A stretch of DNA of 50,681 nucleotides, the filler included, from Catajapyx aquilonaris (taxonomy: Eukaryota): assembly GCA_000934665.2 (NCBI GenBank). It is 2 parts of 2 records of this genome, joined end to end, with 100 filler letters (N's around TTAATTAATTAA, not from the genome) between each part and the next. Parts side by side here need not be neighbours in the genome. Positions count along the whole stretch, not along the records: positions 25,731 to 50,681 come from JYFJ02005450.1; 1 more part is not named here. One strand, given 5' to 3'. Of this stretch, positions 47,976 to 50,681 are shown in pieces (the first letter of the stretch is position 1; each line of letters begins with the position of its first letter). A program made the translations under genes and the position numbers. The notes under the pieces were generated by a model that saw only the letters and a list, made by a program, of their open reading frames with translations, was not told the origin of the DNA and ran no database searches.

Positions 47976-50681
47976 TATTAGTATTTCAGTTTGAGATTTT
48001 AAAAAATTGCTGGATTATTATTGTGCTACTTATTCTGAGAAAGTTTTCATGTTGCGTCAGAGGGTGGCACGCCGAATGGCTGGCTTGTGATGATCATGCA
48101 CCTGGTAGTGCATCATGTCCACCAGTATAATGAATGTGGTGCCCTATACACACGAGCGCATGATTTAATGAGTGTGATTGGTGGCCGGTCACAACGTCAG
48201 CATCTTCTCCGAGTGAGCCGACGGATGGGATTGGCTTAACTGTCGCTCAGAAAATCAATTTCCAATCGAGAAACAGTGTTGATGCGGTCTGGCTTACACC
48301 GTCTGCCGATAATAGCCGACAGGGCAGAAATGAGCGGGGAAAAACCGCAGCTTGTGCACAAGCCCATTGATTCGCGGCTTAAAAACCGACACCATTCGTG
48401 AGTTTAAAAAGTGCAGATAATGCGAGAGGGCCGTGGAGTGTATGGTCACCATAAATTATCGAACATGAGTGTAACCCACATGTGCAGATGTATCCTAACA
48501 AAAGGGGTTCGGCTGGAATCTCTCCAGATGAGCTATCTGACCTTCCATTCAGTCCACTGCATTGTACTATGAAATATTGTTTTCCGTGGTAACTCGAGCT
48601 CGGTATACAGTACATGCAGTGGCTATTAAACTTGTTGTCATGGTGCACTATAAAGTGGCTGTGTATCGCAAGTTGATAACTTATTGACATTGTTGCGTTA
48701 CACCCCATGATTGATTGACTGACACGTGACACCCCTTGCCAAGCCTAGTCGGTCACGTCCGTAGTCCTCCTGTCACACGTCGAAGACTGACTTGTGGCAC
48801 GCACATACCATTCCATTTATGTTACTCAACCGACTTAATTTACCTATGTTTTCCTACCGTGTTCAATATCTCCTTTTCCTTCATCCTTTTCACATTTCAA
48901 AATCACCGGAAATGAAATCTGTACACCTTCTTCCTTATTACACCTCCGTCAAACATCCTCATTCCTAATCACATTTAATCTAGGGATGCGCTTTAGGTAC
49001 CTCCGCCTTTTACCTGGAGAATAGGAGACTTAGGACTAAAACCACCAGTTCTGAATTAAGTATTAATGCGTCTATTAGGTCTACAAGCTGCTTGTGGTTG
49101 TGCTGTAGGGAAGGGGTAGCAGAGGAAGAATCCCCTTCCCCTACCTGGTCGAATGCGTGGCAGAGGCATTCTCATTTGGGCACAATAGAACGTTGTTCTA
49201 GAGAATCGATAATTATATTGGTGCCATTTTGTTGGCCGCAGCCCTGTATAGCCTAAATCGGTTGTAATTTAATTGTCCTTCTAATAACTCAATCGGTGTA
49301 TACCGTTCATTGGTTATTTTGTATACCGTATTTATCTGCACTTATGACCTGAAATTGCTCCATTGTTTCACTTTGACCAAATATTAAAGCATTAAAATGA
49401 CCACGCAACATTGTGGTCCCTCGTTATACCACACCGTTACTGTGAAAGAGCATGAAATTAATTTCTGCACACACGAAAAATACCTGAACACTTTTCATTT
49501 CCGACCTGCCCATCACCCCCACGAATAGGTCAGTGGACCAAAGTGACCGCTTAAGTCCACCTTGAATCCTCTTCAGGATGTGCGTGTCTTTCCCGGTCTC
49601 CGGATCTCCCCCCAAAACCAAGATGGATGGAGCGTAGGAAACGGAGATTAATCAAGTAAACGAATTTGGCCGGGCAATCAGGAAGCCTGTGCCTAATTGC
49701 AAATTCCCTCGGAGCAGCAGCAGTCAATCGTTTGGAAGGCTTGAGTTATAGTCGGTGCTATGTAGGGAAAAGCTTCTCTTTCGCGTGCGGGAGGCCCTCC
49801 GATGTTGTTTGTTGCGGTAGTGTGTGCCCATCTTCGCAGTAATGAAATGCATTTCCCTGACGTCATTAGCGGTTGTCGCGAAAGAGCCTGGCCTGCTAAC
49901 TAATTACTGCCAGCGTTCAATTTTGGGGCAGGGCCAGTCCGATTAGTACCTGCTCGGGGTAGTTACATAAACTGCCCCCCCCCCCACCCACCCCCAATTA
50001 TTTAGTATCAATTCAGCATTTTTTTTGCTTGTTTTCAGTGGCTATTTTATATTAAAATGGAGCAAACTCAACGTACAATTAGTGCCAATATTGACGTTAC
50101 TGGGGGCATTAATATTAAATTGGCCGTCTGTGTGATGTAAGGGGAAAAAATCGGGGTTAAAACGTTGCCGAGTTGTTTGATGCCAAATTATATGCTATGC
50201 ATGACCGCGAGGGTCTATCAAAGCGATTTGGCCCTAGGAATAAACTCAGATGCAGACTGATGCAGATAATTATGATGATAAGTGCATAAATTACAAGCCA
50301 CATTTCAGCAAACTGCGATAAAGAGTTGTAAAAATTATGAATGACTGCAATTGGAGACTAACATGAATTTACAGTGTACAATAATTAAGTACGTCTGGTA
50401 TAAAATATGCCAAGTGCATTAGAAATTAATGAAATCATGTTAATTAATTTTATTTAGCTTTTCTATACTCTGTTGATATAATTTACTTATCTAATTGACA
50501 GTGAATGTGCACTGAATCACATTAGTCATTAGAAGTTATAAAAACTGTGTGCAGGGTGCGGAAATTTGACCTATATATACTGTCGAGCAATTCCACGTAA
50601 AAGTAAACATCTGGGACAAAAATTGAAAATGACTTGTTGGCAATGTGTGATACGTCGTTGGAATCAGAAAGAACCCAAATT

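Noticed and set aside
27276..49621. Short ORFs (60-138 aa) in the right half
   Set aside because: Many have non-ATG starts and none shows a recognisable domain; their lengths are consistent with random open frames.

Overview
Eukaryotic, intron-containing genomic DNA, most likely from an arthropod given the divergent ionotropic receptors, myosuppressin-receptor-like GPCRs and arthropod-type MpaB/DUF2236 oxygenase. An artificial 100-bp spacer (44 N + TTAATTAATTAA + 44 N, 25631-25730) splits the window into two halves that may not be neighbours. The left half is gene-dense, and I built spliced models by hand with GT-AG borders and consistent phases. It holds one + strand MpaB-like haem oxygenase gene, then six - strand genes. 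These are two tandem ionotropic receptor (IR) paralogues (A intact with a 1.6-kb transposon in intron 2; B frameshifted by a 10-bp deletion), three tandem myosuppressin/dmsr/Srw-type GPCRs, and the last two exons of an integrin alpha subunit. Between them lie MITEs, a Helentron-like insertion and a double-palindrome 82/84-bp tandem array. The right half (25 kb) has no recognisable protein-coding gene, only two tRNA-derived SINEs, hAT MITEs, a 133-bp near-perfect hairpin and microsatellites. The best candidate for an undescribed system is a putative chemosensory cluster (IRs plus expanded, divergent neuropeptide-type GPCRs plus an oxygenase). That functional reading is inference. All family assignments come from motif recognition, not database searches.
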